In this document: positions 16,300-17,915 of the stretch, in pieces | How the letters are laid out: each line of letters opens with the position of its first letter | Position numbering within the stretch: the first letter of the stretch is position 1 | Origin: a virus | Lineage: Duplodnaviria > Heunggongvirae > Uroviricota > Caudoviricetes | Virus record (IMG/VR): IMGVR_UViG_2703718843_000008 | Direction: 5' to 3' (one strand) | Length of the DNA stretch: 17,915 nt | The notes under the pieces: model-generated | What the model saw: the letters and a program-made list of their open reading frames with translations, nothing else | Database searches by the model: none | What the model was told of the DNA's origin: nothing | Position numbers and translations under genes: made by a program

Positions 16300-16444
16300 T
16301 ACTCTTACTACCTGTATTCACCAGTAAGAGTAGTAATCAGATCAGTATGTCCGTACTAAAATCTGATACCAGTATATACCGACAACAGTGACCAGGAATA
16401 GCCCTGCCTGTATGGCATCCCTGTACGGTCTGCTATAGACCGTA
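16300..16444. repeat. Structured intergenic region with several inverted repeats and CCTGTA motifs
   Basis: 10-bp IR TACTCTTACT / AGTAAGAGTA (16300..16332); 7-bp IR ATCAGAT / ATCTGAT (16336..16367); hairpin TACGGTCT-gctat-AGACCGTA (16424..16444); CCTGTA(T/C) at 16311, 16407, 16419 and its complement at 16453. Confidence 0.4.
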
Positions 16445-16466
16445 GGACCAAATACAGGTATATATT

Positions 16467-17093
16467 ATGAAAACATATCAAGGTACTCATGGAGTACATA
16501 TCCTCGAATATCAGAGTAAGATTAATAAATTATTATGTTATTTGACTAACCGGTATCCTAGGTTAATTGCTGTACGTGTCGATCTCCACTATCCCAAAAT
16601 AGTTGATAACGGTGACAATATCTGTTGCTTCCCTAACCTGGAACCTGGGGTGATATCCCGGATGCGTGAATCCCTCAGAGCTAAGCTGGAGGCTGACCGT
16701 ACCCGTAAGGTGCGTGAGGATAAACGCATTTACCGTTGCCCTTTATTTATTATATGGGCGAAAGAGTATTCTGAATCAGGTAAATGCCACTATCACATTT
16801 GCCTGTTGTTCAACAAAGACGCTTACTACCACCTCGGGGATTACGATCAGGACGATAACCTTAGAGGGATGATCACAGGAGCCTGGTACAGCGCCCTGAG
16901 ACTGGAGAGAGACGATCACCCTGGTCTGGTCCATTTTCCTGAAAACTGTAAGTATGTGCTAGACACCAATAGTACTGACTTCCAGCAGAACTACCAGGCG
17001 CTGTTAACCCGACTGGACTACCTGACCAAAGTTGAAAGCAAAGTGTTTGGTGAAGGAGACCGTAACTTCGGCTGTAGCCAAATCGAACTGTAA
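16467..17093 (+). CDS. yagK: YagK/YfjJ-family prophage protein
   Basis: 208-aa ORF with AGGT RBS. Sequence recalls the YagK/YfjJ family found in E. coli cryptic prophages (recollection, unverified). Confidence 0.7.
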   Translation: MKTYQGTHGVHILEYQSKINKLLCYLTNRYPRLIAVRVDLHYPKIVDNGDNICCFPNLEPGVISRMRESLRAKLEADRTRKVREDKRIYRCPLFIIWAKEYSESGKCHYHICLLFNKDAYYHLGDYDQDDNLRGMITGAWYSALRLERDDHPGLVHFPENCKYVLDTNSTDFQQNYQALLTRLDYLTKVESKVFGEGDRNFGCSQIEL

Positions 17094-17102
17094 GTCGGTA
17101 AT

Positions 17103-17138
17103 GGCCTTCTCAGTGAGAAGGCCTTATTTGTATTGTTT
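17103..17138 (+). terminator. Intrinsic terminator downstream of the yagK-like gene
   Basis: Stem GGCCTTCT / AGAAGGCC with loop CAGTG, followed by TTATTTGTATTGTTT; 10 nt after the stop. Confidence 0.6.
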
Positions 17139-17183
17139 CAAAAAATTACTAAAATGCAGTTTCGTTACGCAATTTTCTATAGA

Positions 17184-17915
17184 TTACTGATAGTCATCAG
17201 CAAGTCCGCTACTAAATAACGTTTCTGCATTTTCAGCGGTAGCAACAGCATCCTGCACATCCTGCCGTTTCAAATCTAACACTCGTAATTTACCCTTTAC
17301 TTCGGCGACAGATTCGATTCGCCTGTAAGCATCAGAATGATGTTCGGCATATAGCGCAAGTCCTTCCAGTTTGGGCAAAGCATCAGCCAGATGTAGGCTA
17401 TGTGGATCTACCAGGTCCACAACCATTTTGCCATCCTGTTCGGCAAAGAACAGGAAATCGGGACGAACAATCTTGTACTGTTCAGCTTCAACATAAGCGA
17501 TTCCCAGTGACGACTGCCCTGTGTACTGTGGATTACGATACCAGAAAGCAAATCCTTCACGTTTGGTTTCGATCTCAAAAACCTTGGTTTCCCAATGGTT
17601 CAACAGAGCCGGATAGTTCCCGCTTTCGTCACACAACAAATGGTGTTTCCAGACTGGAAGGTCAGCTTCCTTTTCACCTTCACGCACCCTGGTCATTTCA
17701 AACTTGTTCGCCGGCCTGACCAGATCCACATCCTGCGGTTCGGTACTCATTTCGACGATTTGACGATAGGCCTCTTTACGCTCATCTTTCAACGACTTGA
17801 TTTGCGGTGTGTACTCGGCCAGCCACGCCTTCGCCAGTCTATCGGCCTCGCCATCGAAGTAATCCTGCACCTCCATCACCAGCCCCATGCCAGCAACGGT
17901 AACACGAGCCTCCAT
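17184..17915 (-). CDS. yagJ: Hypothetical protein; reaches the window edge, so possibly truncated at the N-terminus
   Basis: 243-aa ORF convergent with the yagK-like gene. The ATG sits exactly at the window end, so the true start could lie outside. Symbol from recollected size and context only. Confidence 0.5.
   Translation of the reverse strand: MEARVTVAGMGLVMEVQDYFDGEADRLAKAWLAEYTPQIKSLKDERKEAYRQIVEMSTEPQDVDLVRPANKFEMTRVREGEKEADLPVWKHHLLCDESGNYPALLNHWETKVFEIETKREGFAFWYRNPQYTGQSSLGIAYVEAEQYKIVRPDFLFFAEQDGKMVVDLVDPHSLHLADALPKLEGLALYAEHHSDAYRRIESVAEVKGKLRVLDLKRQDVQDAVATAENAETLFSSGLADDYQ

Larger units (their letters stand above)
12161..17915. mobile_element. End of a CP4-6-like cryptic prophage or island (continues beyond the window)
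   Basis: tRNA remnant followed by a second integrase and five ORFs whose sizes (146, 284, 232, 208, 243 aa) and order match my recollection of yagN, yagM, yagL, yagK, yagJ in E. coli K-12. Needs homology confirmation. Confidence 0.5.

Noticed and set aside
16666-16872. 68-aa plus-strand ORF
   Set aside because: Alternative frame nested inside the yagK-like gene.
17402-17719. 105-aa plus-strand ORF
   Set aside because: Antisense within the yagJ-like gene.

Overview
This window looks like an enterobacterial (most likely Escherichia coli/Shigella) chromosomal locus holding two mobile elements in tandem. Left flank: a 136-aa LysR-family C-terminal fragment (1..411, yagP-like). Centre: an ~11.6-kb P4-like phage satellite (about 538..12177), bounded by an 18-bp direct repeat that matches the 3' end of a tRNA-Thr(CGU) remnant at 12161..12209. 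It carries a P4-type integrase, an AlpA/Vis-like gene, a small ribbon-helix-helix repressor with palindromic operators, an alpha-type primase-helicase with a downstream iteron cluster, and a Sid-like/Psu/Ogr-Delta late module. It has no capsid or terminase genes. Its AT-rich cargo end holds a tightly linked two-gene cassette: a DprA-like protein followed by a HAD-like/phosphoribosyltransferase protein. This is the main candidate anti-phage system. Right: the end of a CP4-6-like cryptic prophage (second integrase, then genes matching in size and order what I recall as yagN, yagM, yagL, yagK, yagJ of E. coli K-12). All calls are from reading motifs and structure by eye; no searches were run, and gene symbols rest on recollection.
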